32,000 bases of DNA from Edaphobacter aggregans (GTDB lineage: Bacteria; Acidobacteriota; Terriglobia; Terriglobales; Acidobacteriaceae). The notes beneath the pieces were generated by a model. That model searched no databases. It saw only the letters and a program-made list of their open reading frames with translations, and was not told where the DNA came from. Below, in pieces: positions 1 to 9,255 of the stretch. A program made the translations under genes and the position numbers. Numbering within the stretch: position 1 is the stretch's first letter; each line of letters starts with the position of its first letter. The stretch covers positions 5,070,001-5,102,000 of the forward strand of contig NZ_RSDW01000001.1 in NCBI RefSeq assembly GCF_003945235.1, in the 5' to 3' direction.

Positions 1-390
1 TGGTTCATCAATAGGTTCGGGCGTGAAGGTAGGGGATATAGCGTGGCCGGGCTTAGGCCATTCATAAAGGCCATCAGCCGGGACGAGGCAGCGCCGTCGC
101 TTGAAGGGTTCGCGCCAAGTCGGTCGTTCCAGAAGAGTCGCAGCGCGGGCGAGGATCGTGGAAAGATCTTTAAACTCTTCGGGGCTTTTCGCAAAGAAGG
201 GAATGAGCCCCCATCGCATCAGTGTGAGTTCCCGATCGCCGGTGTCGCGATTGTGGCGGATGACAGGCTGATGCGTCGTCGGGGCGACGTTGTAATCCCA
301 CGGAGGTAAGATAACGTCATCGTCATGCGCGATGTGGAATGCCTCAGCGATCTTCTGTTTGTCAGAGCGTCGGTAGTAGCGGCCACACAT
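1..390 (-). CDS. SOS response-associated peptidase (SRAP/YedK-like), N-terminal part; gene runs off the left edge
   Basis: Not in the ORF track because no stop lies inside the window. Hand translation of the minus strand from ATG 390-388 gives MCGRYYRRSDKQKIAEAFHIAHDDDVILPPWDYNVAPTTHQPVIRHNRDTGDRELTLMRWGLIPFFAKSPEEFKDLSTILARAATLLERPTWREPFKRRRCLVPADGLYEW... The Met-Cys-Gly-Arg N-terminus, WGLIP block and PADG-YEW block are SRAP hallmarks. Confidence 0.8.
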   Translation of the reverse strand, partial: MCGRYYRRSDKQKIAEAFHIAHDDDVILPPWDYNVAPTTHQPVIRHNRDTGDRELTLMRWGLIPFFAKSPEEFKDLSTILARAATLLERPTWREPFKRRRCLVPADGLYEWPKPGHAISPTFTPEPIDEP

Positions 391-555
391 GATTATTCGC
401 TGGAATCCGTCTGTAGAATCTGCAGCCTCTGAGCCTCGTTTTGATTCACATCGATGCAGCAGAACGAGCCGCCATCGATCGCGGTTAGCGCGGCTCTCGA
501 TCCGTATCGGGTTGCAGGTTCACCTGAAATGTTGGCACGCAACCCTGAGGATCGG

Positions 556-723
556 TCACGAGGCGGCCTCCTTGACTCGCACGAGAATCTCCCATTTTGC
601 TCCTTCATATTCAACTTCGAATGTCGCGGGCATAGTGTTCGACCCCCACACCAATCCTACCAATTGTTTTGCAAGAGTTAGCTTCGAGTCCGAAGTATCG
701 AAGTCTTCAGGGTTCGCAGCCAT
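556..723 (-). CDS. small hypothetical protein (55 aa)
   Basis: Below the track length cutoff. ATG 723-721 with GGAGG 11 nt upstream. Translates MAANPEDFDTSDSKLTLAKQLVGLVWGSNTMPATFEVEYEGAKWEILVRVKEAAS*. Co-oriented between the 178-aa ORF and the SRAP gene. No family recognised. Confidence 0.3.
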   Translation of the reverse strand: MAANPEDFDTSDSKLTLAKQLVGLVWGSNTMPATFEVEYEGAKWEILVRVKEAAS

Positions 724-850
724 GGCTGTACGTACCTCCTATAGAGTTTCGGACAGACGTAGAGCCAAGATTTATTTTGGCCAGTCACTCCTTCGCCTTC
801 GCCTGCATGATCGTTTTCGATGCGAATTTGGCGCGAATAGCTGTACCGAG

Positions 851-1387
851 CTAGTTCTCCAGCAAGCCTTCGATGGTCTCAACTGCGGCGCGCCATCTCT
901 TTTCGGTGTCGTTGCAGAGTTGATCCAGTTCATCGAGCGCGTCCTGCTCGATGCCTTTGCTCTTCAGGTATTTTTTGAGGATTGCGATGTCACGGCTGAA
1001 TTGGTCGATGCTGCTTTGTTGTGCGGTGGCAATCCGCTCTCGGACCTCTTCCAGATTGATTGCCGGCTTCGCTCGTTTGCTCGATCGGCTCGGTTCCTTC
1101 GGCGCATCGACGTATCGCAGATCATCAACCGGCACGCGGAACCGCTCGATATTCGTGCCGGGAAGCTGGAGATCGACGTCTTTTTCGCTGACACGGGTGA
1201 TGGTGAAGACGGTCCCGGAGCTGCCTGTTGTCACTCGCTCACCGAGGGATGGGACTCTGGCATTGGCATGTTCCGCAGTAGTCTTATTTGGTTTCTCGGT
1301 AAGGGCTTCAGCGACCTGCTCTTCAACACTAACCGTGGACTGCGTCGGAGCCTTTTTTCGAGGCTGTTTCGTTTTCCTGGTCGCCAT
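851..1387 (-). CDS. hypothetical protein (178 aa)
   Basis: Track ORF with natural K/E/T-rich composition (MATRKTKQPRKK...IETIEGLLEN). Its start lies 3 nt after the stop of the upstream 93-aa ORF. The long plus-strand ORF 389..1642 is its in-phase antisense shadow. Confidence 0.6.
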   Translation of the reverse strand: MATRKTKQPRKKAPTQSTVSVEEQVAEALTEKPNKTTAEHANARVPSLGERVTTGSSGTVFTITRVSEKDVDLQLPGTNIERFRVPVDDLRYVDAPKEPSRSSKRAKPAINLEEVRERIATAQQSSIDQFSRDIAILKKYLKSKGIEQDALDELDQLCNDTEKRWRAAVETIEGLLEN

Positions 1388-1390
1388 GAT

Positions 1391-1672
1391 CTATTCGCCG
1401 CGATGCGGAGTGTGAAGCAAGCGAAGCTGCTCCTCGGTGTATTCGCCCGGCACATCGACCTCAATGTTGGTGCGGAGGATGCGGTCGTATTCGATGGCTT
1501 TGGCCCTGCCGACGAGTTTACCCAGAGAATCCGGAAGCTGGCCAATGTTTGTTTCAGACCAGCGCCCAACTTCGACGCCGTCGAGAAATACATGGAAGTG
1601 AATGTATTCCATGTGGCCCTTGAAGTCGCCTTCGGTGAGTAAGAATGGCCTGATCTGAACGCGATACCCCAT
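1391..1672 (-). CDS. hypothetical protein (93 aa); weak resemblance to DUF4160-type small proteins
   Basis: Track ORF MGYRVQIRPFLLTEGDFKGHMEYIHFHVFLDGVEVGRW... The G-Y-R..I / H..IHFHV pattern loosely recalls DUF4160. An upstream segment in another frame (..WLILSTEQYAKVKKYLHP.., 1680-1790) might be a frameshifted N-terminus; unresolved. Confidence 0.45.
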   Translation of the reverse strand: MGYRVQIRPFLLTEGDFKGHMEYIHFHVFLDGVEVGRWSETNIGQLPDSLGKLVGRAKAIEYDRILRTNIEVDVPGEYTEEQLRLLHTPHRGE

Positions 1673-2118
1673 CGATCAATGGTAGCAGCGAGGAGGCCGG
1701 ATGAAGGTACTTCTTCACTTTGGCGTATTGTTCGGTACTCAGGATCAACCATCGGTCGCAATTCACGTGTCCGAGATGCCGGTTATTCGTCCAAGTGAAT
1801 CCAACCGCATTCGTAAACACTAGCCGACATATCGGGAGTAATCGTAGGCAGAACTTAGAACGAGCAGAAAACAAGATAGATATTAGGGCTTTTCGCTCTG
1901 CTCCATTTGTTTACTGCAAGATTCTGTCTGCAATCAATTTTGCTGCCCGTGGATGAGAATGCCGCCGACAAAACAGACGAGGCAGGCAGCATAACGAAAA
2001 CGACTAGGCCGGATGGGTATTTAACAAGTAGTTACTGATGGGTAGCCGGTAATACACCCGCAACGGTTTGAAGAAGCTTTGACCTAATTTGGCCGCCCAA
2101 GACTCGCAACCTATGTTC

Positions 2119-3059
2119 TTAGAGATCGGAACGAAAGCGTGCGGGAGAGACCCCGCGATCCGCCTTGAATGTTGCCGCAAAGGTCGAGTAGCTTTCGAAG
2201 CCAGACATGGATGCGACCTGCGCGAGAGTCAGTGCCGAATCTTTCATCAAGCCGGTGGCGAGTTGGACGCGGTTGCGTGAGACATATTGCCAAATGGAGC
2301 ACCCTAGAGAGATCCGGAACGTGCGGCTGAGGTGGTACGGACTGGTGGCCGCTGCCGCGGCTATCGAACAGACGTCGATCTCTTGATCGATGTGGGCGTG
2401 GATGTAGTCGAGTGTGCGTCGAATGCGTCGGTCGCCAATTCCCTCGCGATAGAGTTTTCGACTAACGATGCGGCCATCGTTGACGAGCAGGGCAGCCATG
2501 CTCACAAAGATCGAGTCGCCTAATACCATTCATAGGGATGACCCTGCACTGCGTCGCTGTGCAGCGCGCGTACCAGCCTGCACAGCGTTGGAGACTGCAC
2601 GCCCAACACTGGGCGAATCTCGGACTTTGCCGCCACCATCGCCTCTTCCCCAGCGGCGGCCATCAAGGCAGAAGGCGTGAAATAGAGGCAGACAAAGTCA
2701 ACCGGCCGATTCAACCATCCAGTAAAACTTGCGCCAGCTGGAATGAACGAAATATGGTCCTCGGGCATATTCGTATCCGTGCGTTTGCCGTCCAGCATCC
2801 ACCCCATCCTCAGGGGAGCATGATCGAGTCGGACGGCAAAATGATGGAAGGGAGCCGATGGAGTGGGGTCGTGCATTGGGCCGATGCAGGATTGTTCCAG
2901 AGTGCAAAGCCTCCACACACCGCGCCCAGAGATTGTATGGCGAAACGACGGTGGAACCCGGCTGAATTCGGCCATCTCGGGCTTGCTCAGGATCGGCATG
3001 CGAAGAAAATAGCACAATCCTGAGACTTCCCGTCTGATTCGTGTACTCGAGCAATCCAC
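2119..3059 (-). pseudogene. AraC-family transcriptional regulator split by a frameshift near 2520-2532
   Basis: ORF 2520..3059 is a cupin/AraC-type N-terminal domain (..HISFIPAGASFTGWLNRPVDFVCLYFTPSAL..) ending ..DAVQGHPYEWY*. ORF 2119..2529 in another frame begins MVLGDSIFVSMAALLVNDG.. and carries the AraC HTH pair (..SIAAAAATSPYHLSRTFR.. ; ..LAQVASMSGFESYSTFAATFKADRGVSPARFR). The two overlap by 10 nt and read as one protein if a single base is removed. Confidence 0.7.
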
Positions 3060-3227
3060 CTCTTAGTAAGCTGGCCTGTGCCAAGCCAATTTTGGGCGCG
3101 GCGAGCGTGATTTCATACTCCGACCGTATCGTTCGCCTACCTGTACTGAACGGACCCTTTTATTACAGTCGCCGATGATAGTGCCGGCGGATCTTCAACT
3201 GGCAGGTCCGGCCAAAAGGAGGTTCAC

Positions 3228-4034
3228 ATGATGGCTCAATCCGCAAAACTCTGTGAAACGGGGCCAAAGCTCAAGACCAGAACGAACTACGGGCGCAAAT
3301 TTTTCTCTGCAATGGCGGCGCTGATTCTGATCTCGGTATTCGTCGGCTTTGCGCCAACGTTTTTCCTTCGAGGGATTGTCAAAATTCCCCCCATTCAACG
3401 CGGCTTCATGTCCATCGCCCAGCCTTTGCCGCTGCTCGTGGTGATCCATGGCGCCATTTACACCTCCTGGATTCTATTGTTGATCACGCAGACTTCCTTG
3501 ATTGCCGCCCACCGGGTGCGGCTGCATCGGCGATTGGGGCTTGCGGGCTTCGGTTTAGCATGTCTCGTCGTTCTAGGTGGTGTCGCGGTGTCCTTCGAGG
3601 CCATAGCGAGACTCTTTCCACCTGCCGATCCACGGATAGCCTTTTTCCTGGCAGTGACGCTTTTTGAGGTGCTGGAATTCGCGCTGCTCGCCTGTTTCGG
3701 CTACTTTCAGCGAAGAAATCCCCCGGCCCATAAACGCTTGATGCTGCTCGCAACAATTTGCCTCTTGCCTCAGGCTTTCTTCCGTTGGCCAGTCTGGCCG
3801 GGGCACGATTTAAGGGCGTCCACTATCGGCTGTTGGGTGCTGCTCGCGCTGATCGCGTGCTATGACTTCCTGACCATCCGGAAAATACACCTGACAACGT
3901 TAGGGGGTGGCGCGGCCATAACTGTGGCAAGCCTCGTTGTGGCAAGCCCACTCGTCGCCAACGCCTTTATCCACAACTCGCTTTGGTTTCACTTCGCGCT
4001 GAGACTGCAGATGTTCGGGCGCCATTTGTGCTAG
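3228..4034 (+). CDS. polytopic membrane protein of unknown function
   Basis: Track ORF (268 aa) with AAAGGAGG 5-6 nt upstream of the ATG. It has about 6-7 hydrophobic helices (e.g. FFSAMAALILISVFVGFAPTFF, LPLLVVIHGAIYTSWILLLI, GFGLACLVVLGGVAVSF). Divergent from the AraC pseudogene. Confidence 0.7.
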   Translation: MMAQSAKLCETGPKLKTRTNYGRKFFSAMAALILISVFVGFAPTFFLRGIVKIPPIQRGFMSIAQPLPLLVVIHGAIYTSWILLLITQTSLIAAHRVRLHRRLGLAGFGLACLVVLGGVAVSFEAIARLFPPADPRIAFFLAVTLFEVLEFALLACFGYFQRRNPPAHKRLMLLATICLLPQAFFRWPVWPGHDLRASTIGCWVLLALIACYDFLTIRKIHLTTLGGGAAITVASLVVASPLVANAFIHNSLWFHFALRLQMFGRHLC

Positions 4035-4258
4035 GAGGCGGTGTTTCCGCGAATTCAAGGCTCAGGCGCAAGGCAGCACCCAGACAATCGCGGCGCCCAC
4101 TTCGTTGGAGAACGCGTTGCTGAGCGTTGGGACAAGGCCGAATGGCATACAATTCCGCCGAAGAACAGCAACGCGAAGGAGTAATCCTTCTTCCCAACGT
4201 ATTAGCCGTGCCTGAATCGTAGACAGTGCCGCGATGGCGCGAATTGGAGTTCGAGTTC

Positions 4259-5917
4259 ATGAGCGGATCAATCCAAACCTGCATCGCAGTTTTGCTTGTG
4301 GTGCTATCTCATGTAGCAGCTAAAAGCCAACAGGCGGCGCCAGACTTGGTTCTGCTCAACGGAAAGATCTTTACCAGCGATGCTGCGCATCCGTATGTGC
4401 AAGCGCTCGCGATTCGTGGGGAGCGCATCACAGGGACCGGCGACTCGGCGAAAATCAGGGCCCTAGCTGGGCCTCACACGAAACAGATCGACCTCGGCGG
4501 ACGGACCATAATTCCCGGTATCAACGACGCACACAACCACCTTAGCATCTCTCCTCCCAACCGCATGGACCTGCAGTTCAAAAGTCCTGATCCGGACTGG
4601 CCTGAAGTGAAGGCTGCGATTGCCGCCGCCGTGTTGAAGGCGCCGAAGGGGACATTCATTTACGGTCAGATAGCCTGGAAGATTTTTCGCGATCTTGCAG
4701 TGAATCGGGACACCCTCGACCAGGTGGCTCCCAACAACCCGGTCATTTTGGAAACGTTTACCGGCCATGCTTGGATCGTGAACAGTGCAGCGATTGCGCG
4801 AGTTGGAATTCGAGAGGACCAACCTGATCCGGTTGGCGGACGCTATGAAAGGTCACCTAAGGGCAGGCTCACCGGGGTCATTCGCGAATATGCGGCGTTA
4901 AATGCGTCGCGCAGCCTTTCGGACCAGACGAGTGAGGCGGACGCTCTTGCAGAGTTAGGCAAGACCTTATTCGCGGCCGTCAAGTGGGGGATCACAACTA
5001 TCCAGGACATGTCGAATGACATGCCGCCCGATCGGTGCGTCGCGCTCCTTGAGAAAATGCCAACTCCAATTCGTGTTCGCGTAATGCGAATGCCGGGAAC
5101 AACTCCTGCCGGCCGCGACGTACAAGAAGGCCGACCAGTTCCACGGAGCTCGAATCCACTCATAACTGTCAGCGGCACCAAGTGGATGCTCGACGGCACT
5201 CCCCTCGAAGGAACCTTCGCGCATCGCAACGATCCGGCAACCATGGACTACTTCCTGCTACATGAACAGTTGACGTTCCCGGAAACAGAAATTGCCTCTA
5301 TGTTACGGGAGTCGCTGCATGACCATGATCAATTGCTGCTTCATGTGTCCGCATATCCGCCCGCCGCGGCGATGCTGACCGCTATGCAGGCCGAGGGCGG
5401 AGCGCAAATGTGGGCCAAACAGCGAGTCCGGTTCGAGCATGGCGACGGCCTGACACCGGATTTGATTCCGCGGGTGAAGGAGATGGGAATCGTTGTGGTA
5501 CAGAACGGGATTCATCTCGCCGGCGTCGAAGTGAATCCTGATATGGGTAGCGTTCTTGAAAGGCTGAAAGCCCAACCGCTGCGATCCTTGCTGGTCGCAG
5601 GCATTCCCGTTGCATTAGGTTCGGATGGGCCAACCAATCCCTATCTGAATATTATGTTTGCGTCTCTCGATCCAGATCGGCCATCCGAAGCCATCACGCG
5701 GGAACAAGCGGTGATCGCTTACACCCTGACATCCGCATACGCCGAGTTTGCGGAAAAAGACAAAGGCAGTCTGGAACCAGGGAAGCTCGCTGATCTGGCT
5801 GCTCTATCGCAAGACATTTTCACGGTTGATGCTTCGGATCTACCAAAGACGGAATCGGTGTTGACGATGGTGGGCGGGAAGACTGTGTATGACGCGAAAG
5901 TAATCCCACACCAATAG
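4259..5917 (+). CDS. secreted metal-dependent amidohydrolase (Amidohydro_3 / YtcJ-like)
   Basis: Track ORF 4226..5917. I prefer ATG 4259 (GGAG 9 nt upstream), which gives a signal-peptide-like N-terminus MSGSIQTCIAVLLVVLSHVAAKSQQ. IIPGINDAHNHL is the metal-binding HxH context; C-terminal ..GSDGPTNP.. and ..GSLEPGKLADLAAL.. are typical of this family. Confidence 0.85.
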   Translation: MSGSIQTCIAVLLVVLSHVAAKSQQAAPDLVLLNGKIFTSDAAHPYVQALAIRGERITGTGDSAKIRALAGPHTKQIDLGGRTIIPGINDAHNHLSISPPNRMDLQFKSPDPDWPEVKAAIAAAVLKAPKGTFIYGQIAWKIFRDLAVNRDTLDQVAPNNPVILETFTGHAWIVNSAAIARVGIREDQPDPVGGRYERSPKGRLTGVIREYAALNASRSLSDQTSEADALAELGKTLFAAVKWGITTIQDMSNDMPPDRCVALLEKMPTPIRVRVMRMPGTTPAGRDVQEGRPVPRSSNPLITVSGTKWMLDGTPLEGTFAHRNDPATMDYFLLHEQLTFPETEIASMLRESLHDHDQLLLHVSAYPPAAAMLTAMQAEGGAQMWAKQRVRFEHGDGLTPDLIPRVKEMGIVVVQNGIHLAGVEVNPDMGSVLERLKAQPLRSLLVAGIPVALGSDGPTNPYLNIMFASLDPDRPSEAITREQAVIAYTLTSAYAEFAEKDKGSLEPGKLADLAALSQDIFTVDASDLPKTESVLTMVGGKTVYDAKVIPHQ

Positions 5918-6607
5918 TCGAGTAACCTTCGGCCGAGGCTCCTGCAGAAGGAATCTGCGGTACAAGCAAGTCGAAGGCCAAGCCGGTCGGGTGGACGGAT
6001 GCTGCCGATCATACAGCTCCTTGGCCACCATTTTCGCTGCGGCAATTCCGGGGGGAGAAAAGGAAGCATAATAAGGGCACAGAGCTAGAGCGGGAACGTA
6101 ACGTGCTCGTGAGACAAATCGATCCGCAGACATAGTCCAGAGTCTCGAATTCTAAAACGACGGCGGACCAAGGGGAGCTTTCAGAAAGCCTCATAAACCG
6201 ATAGGCTTGCCAGCCGATAATAAGCAACTACCGCCGTGTTTCGACGGCATCTTTCCTGTTGAACCTGCCCAGGATCTCAAACGGTGATCGTGATTCGACC
6301 GCTCCACTGCATCCGATTGCCGAACTTGCCGAAAGCCCGGGTGGTCTCAATGGGTCGACGCAACACTCAGCTCAGACCCACATTCAATGAAAATAAAAGC
6401 TAAAAGCGCTGGCTAGGGGTAGATCAGCCGGAACCTTGCCTGGCTAGGTTTTGGCCACATCAGCCAAACAGATCGATTCTTCAGGGTAAGCATTTGTGGA
6501 TCAGCTGATTAGATAGTGTTGCATCGACCGGTTGAGCTGGCACGACTTTTCGTGCACAGGGAGATAACTCCTCGGATTGACCATGATTTGGGAGCGTGAC
6601 GGGCGGC

Positions 6608-8620
6608 TCAGGTATGGGTGATAGTGAGGACAGTGATGTCATCAGACTGAGGGGCTCCGTGGCCGAAGAGCTGGGCAGCTGCCGCGATGGCTTCCGCGGA
6701 CTGCGTGCTCATGGCCTGGGTGCGGTCGAAGCCAAAGAGCTCCCGGGTGGTGGGATGAGTCGCCTCCACGACGCCGTCGGTGAGGAGGGTGAGGGTGCAG
6801 GCGGGGCAGAGGATGAAGTGAGTTTCGAGGTAAGAGGCGTCCGGGGTAAAACCGAGGGGGAGGCCGACTTCGAGTTCGAGCTCGGTGCCATTGAGGTACG
6901 GTCGGAGGTGTCCGGCATTCGCGGCGGCGACCTCGCCGTTGGCGGCAATGTTAAGGATGAGACATGTGGTGAAGCCGACGCCGCGACCGTGGAGGCGGCG
7001 GTTGAGGGTTTCCATCAGGACGGCGGGGCTGACTGTCGTCTCCGCTGCGGTGCGAAAGGCCCCGACGAGGAGGGAGACGGTCATGGCGGCTTGTATGCCT
7101 TTGCCTGAGACGTCTCCTAGTACAACAAGCGCCCCACCCTGCGCCACGGGCATAATCTGGAAGAAGTCTCCGCCGACCAGCTGCGCAGGCTGGTAGACGC
7201 TTGCAATGCTCAACCCAGCAATCGATGGCAACTCCTCAGGTATGAGGACCTGCTGTACCGTTCGCGCAGCCTCCAACTCCGCGGCTGACCGCTCCCCATC
7301 CTTGCTGACACGATTGAAACGGTAGAGCACAACTGCGACGATGATGACCATGAATACTACGCTATCGATGTCGGCGAGGCGCGTGCCTACGTAGCCCCAG
7401 GTGAAGTGGTCGCGGATATGCACAAAGCGGACATTGCCACGAGAGACGTTTTCTCCAACGTACAGGATGCCGAGCAAGATGTAGGGCAGGACGAGGAAGC
7501 CAGATTCCCCATTTCCGCGACGATAGGACTGGATGAGATAAGTGAGAGCGAAGACAAACCAGCTGACGGACATGATGACGAGCGCAGGAAAATAGAGGGA
7601 ACCGGCGAAACCGGGGGCGATTACGAGCATCGGCGCCAGCACGAGGTAGACCTCGAAGATGCGGAGGGGGATTCGCCTTCGCACCTTGGTGAAGCGGGCA
7701 ACGAACTCCAGGTTCGTGAAGATCATGGCCCATCCGAAGTATGTGAAGAGCAGATAGATACTCCTCGAGATAGCGAACAGGCCCAGTTCCAAGGCCGCAA
7801 GGAGTCCGAGGAAGACCATTGCCACGAAACAGTTGGCAGAAAGCCATAAGTACTCCTTGTGGCTACGTTGAGTGAGGAAGAGGATAAGTACGAGCGTCCC
7901 GCTGGCCAGCAAAACGAGGCACGAGAGCAGATCAGTGAGAACAAAGTCGTTGAAGTTGCGAATGGAGGCCAGATCGACGGAGGTGGAGACGGCCGGCAGT
8001 GCGCCGATTTGAATACCTGCAAGCGGAGAGCTGGTGACGGTCTCGGAGTACGAACGGCCAATGCGTAAGGCGAGGACGAGATCTTGTTGTGCGGGCAGGG
8101 CGATGGCGAAGGGTTTGCTCAACTGCGATAGGTCCGATATTGCGCCGGGGCTGGTGCCGATGCGCTGACCGTTGGCGTAGAGTTCGAACTGTTGTTGATG
8201 GTTGGTCGCGATCGAAACCCCTAGAGGGTAGTTGGCGTTGAGGACGTGAAGATGAAGGCGGAGCCATGTATAGCTACGTGGGATAACGGACAAGTGAGCT
8301 GAGTCGAAGGTCTGAGCAGGTTTGAGCAGCGGCCAAGTGGAGTCGTCGAAGCTGGGCGAGGCGAAGGCGGTGTCGTCGCCCAGGTGGAAGCGCCAGGGAC
8401 CGTCGAGCGAGAGCACGGAGTCGAGCTTCGCAGCATCGATGGTGATGCTGCCGGGTGGAGAAGCAGTAGAGATCGCCTTGGAAGCAATAGCAGCCGTTTG
8501 GGCTCGAACTTGCCGGGCGGACAAGAGGAAAATCTGGAGCAGTATCGGGACGGCTGTGAGGAGCAAAGCTTTCGGGATGGTTGAAGGATTCCGAATGGTG
8601 AGTCTCCGCTTGGCCTTCAA
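6608..8620 (-). CDS. membrane sensor PP2C/SpoIIE-family phosphatase with 7TMR-DISM-like N-terminus
   Basis: 670-aa track ORF. It has a signal sequence and an extracytoplasmic beta-rich domain (..DGPWRFHLGDDTAFASPSFDDSTWP...FELYANGQRIG, DISMED2-like). Seven hydrophobic helices follow. The C-terminal SpoIIE/PP2C motifs are LVGGDFFQI, VLGDVSGKGIQAAM, LLTDGVVEA, QSDDITVLTI. Confidence 0.85.
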   Translation of the reverse strand: MKAKRRLTIRNPSTIPKALLLTAVPILLQIFLLSARQVRAQTAAIASKAISTASPPGSITIDAAKLDSVLSLDGPWRFHLGDDTAFASPSFDDSTWPLLKPAQTFDSAHLSVIPRSYTWLRLHLHVLNANYPLGVSIATNHQQQFELYANGQRIGTSPGAISDLSQLSKPFAIALPAQQDLVLALRIGRSYSETVTSSPLAGIQIGALPAVSTSVDLASIRNFNDFVLTDLLSCLVLLASGTLVLILFLTQRSHKEYLWLSANCFVAMVFLGLLAALELGLFAISRSIYLLFTYFGWAMIFTNLEFVARFTKVRRRIPLRIFEVYLVLAPMLVIAPGFAGSLYFPALVIMSVSWFVFALTYLIQSYRRGNGESGFLVLPYILLGILYVGENVSRGNVRFVHIRDHFTWGYVGTRLADIDSVVFMVIIVAVVLYRFNRVSKDGERSAAELEAARTVQQVLIPEELPSIAGLSIASVYQPAQLVGGDFFQIMPVAQGGALVVLGDVSGKGIQAAMTVSLLVGAFRTAAETTVSPAVLMETLNRRLHGRGVGFTTCLILNIAANGEVAAANAGHLRPYLNGTELELEVGLPLGFTPDASYLETHFILCPACTLTLLTDGVVEATHPTTRELFGFDRTQAMSTQSAEAIAAAAQLFGHGAPQSDDITVLTITHT

Positions 8621-8775
8621 TGTGCTGTCACTGATGGTAACTCGGGCAGTTGCCGGGGGATAGGAAATCGTGGTTGTGGCAAATCCCGGCGGATCTCTAT
8701 TTGCTGATTGGGGCGACGAGTTCCATGGGTGAATACGTGAGGAGAGAGAGTGGAAATGGATTAAGCGATTGGCGC

Positions 8776-8988
8776 TTAGCCTGTCGCGGTCACCGGTGTG
8801 TGATCGATCTGCAATACATCCATCGGGCGTTTGGGCTGCAGTGTTGAGATCGCAACCGGACCAAGCAACTCTCGGGCTTTCTTGGACAATCGCAGGTCGA
8901 GCGTTTCGACCCGCTTACATACGGGGCGATCACCGACTCTTGCCTTAGAGCCACGAGCCAGTCCGAGTTCCAGTTTCGCGACTTTGCA
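8776..8988 (-). pseudogene. possible remnant of an rve-type DDE transposase (TniA/TnsB/Tn552-like N-terminal region)
   Basis: An open 70-codon stretch with no start codon, hand-translated: CKVAKLELGLARGSKARVGDRPVCKRVETLDLRLSKKARELLGPVAISTLQPKRPMDVLQIDHTPVTATG*. The ..VLQIDHTPV ending resembles the W/V-Q-x-D-H-T block around the first catalytic Asp of this transposase group (from memory, not searched). It stops right after that block. Confidence 0.3.
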
Positions 8989-9255
8989 TCAAAATCCCAG
9001 AACAACTTTCACCTGAACCTCGCCTGGGCTTTTGGTGCAACAATTCGGGAATTTGGTACGGCGTGACAGTGCTGCTGCAATACTCACAAACGTTCTCCTT
9101 CGACGTGCCAGAGAACCCGCCTTATCCACGTTCGCCGAGGTCTTAGTCCAGAGAGTAATGGAAGAACATGGAACCGACGGGATCGAGGTGTTTACGACAT
9201 CATTGATTCTCGCTGGAGTGCGCATACGGAGTATGCAAATCCTAGACTTTGTAGC

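Noticed and set aside
389-1642. 417-aa plus-strand ORF, the longest ORF in the first 2 kb
   Set aside because: It is the in-phase antisense of the minus-strand ORFs 851..1387 and 1391..1672 (same codon phase). Stops in that frame would need the rare sense codons TTA/CTA/TCA. Its composition is R/S/L/F/C-rich and unnatural, whereas the minus-strand proteins look natural and are tightly packed with the downstream SRAP gene.
6596-7108. 170-aa plus-strand ORF (and 7406..7849, 8322..8663) opposite the 7TM PP2C gene
   Set aside because: They are antisense shadows with G/E/D/A-rich low-information composition. The minus-strand ORF has complete PP2C motifs and seven TM helices.
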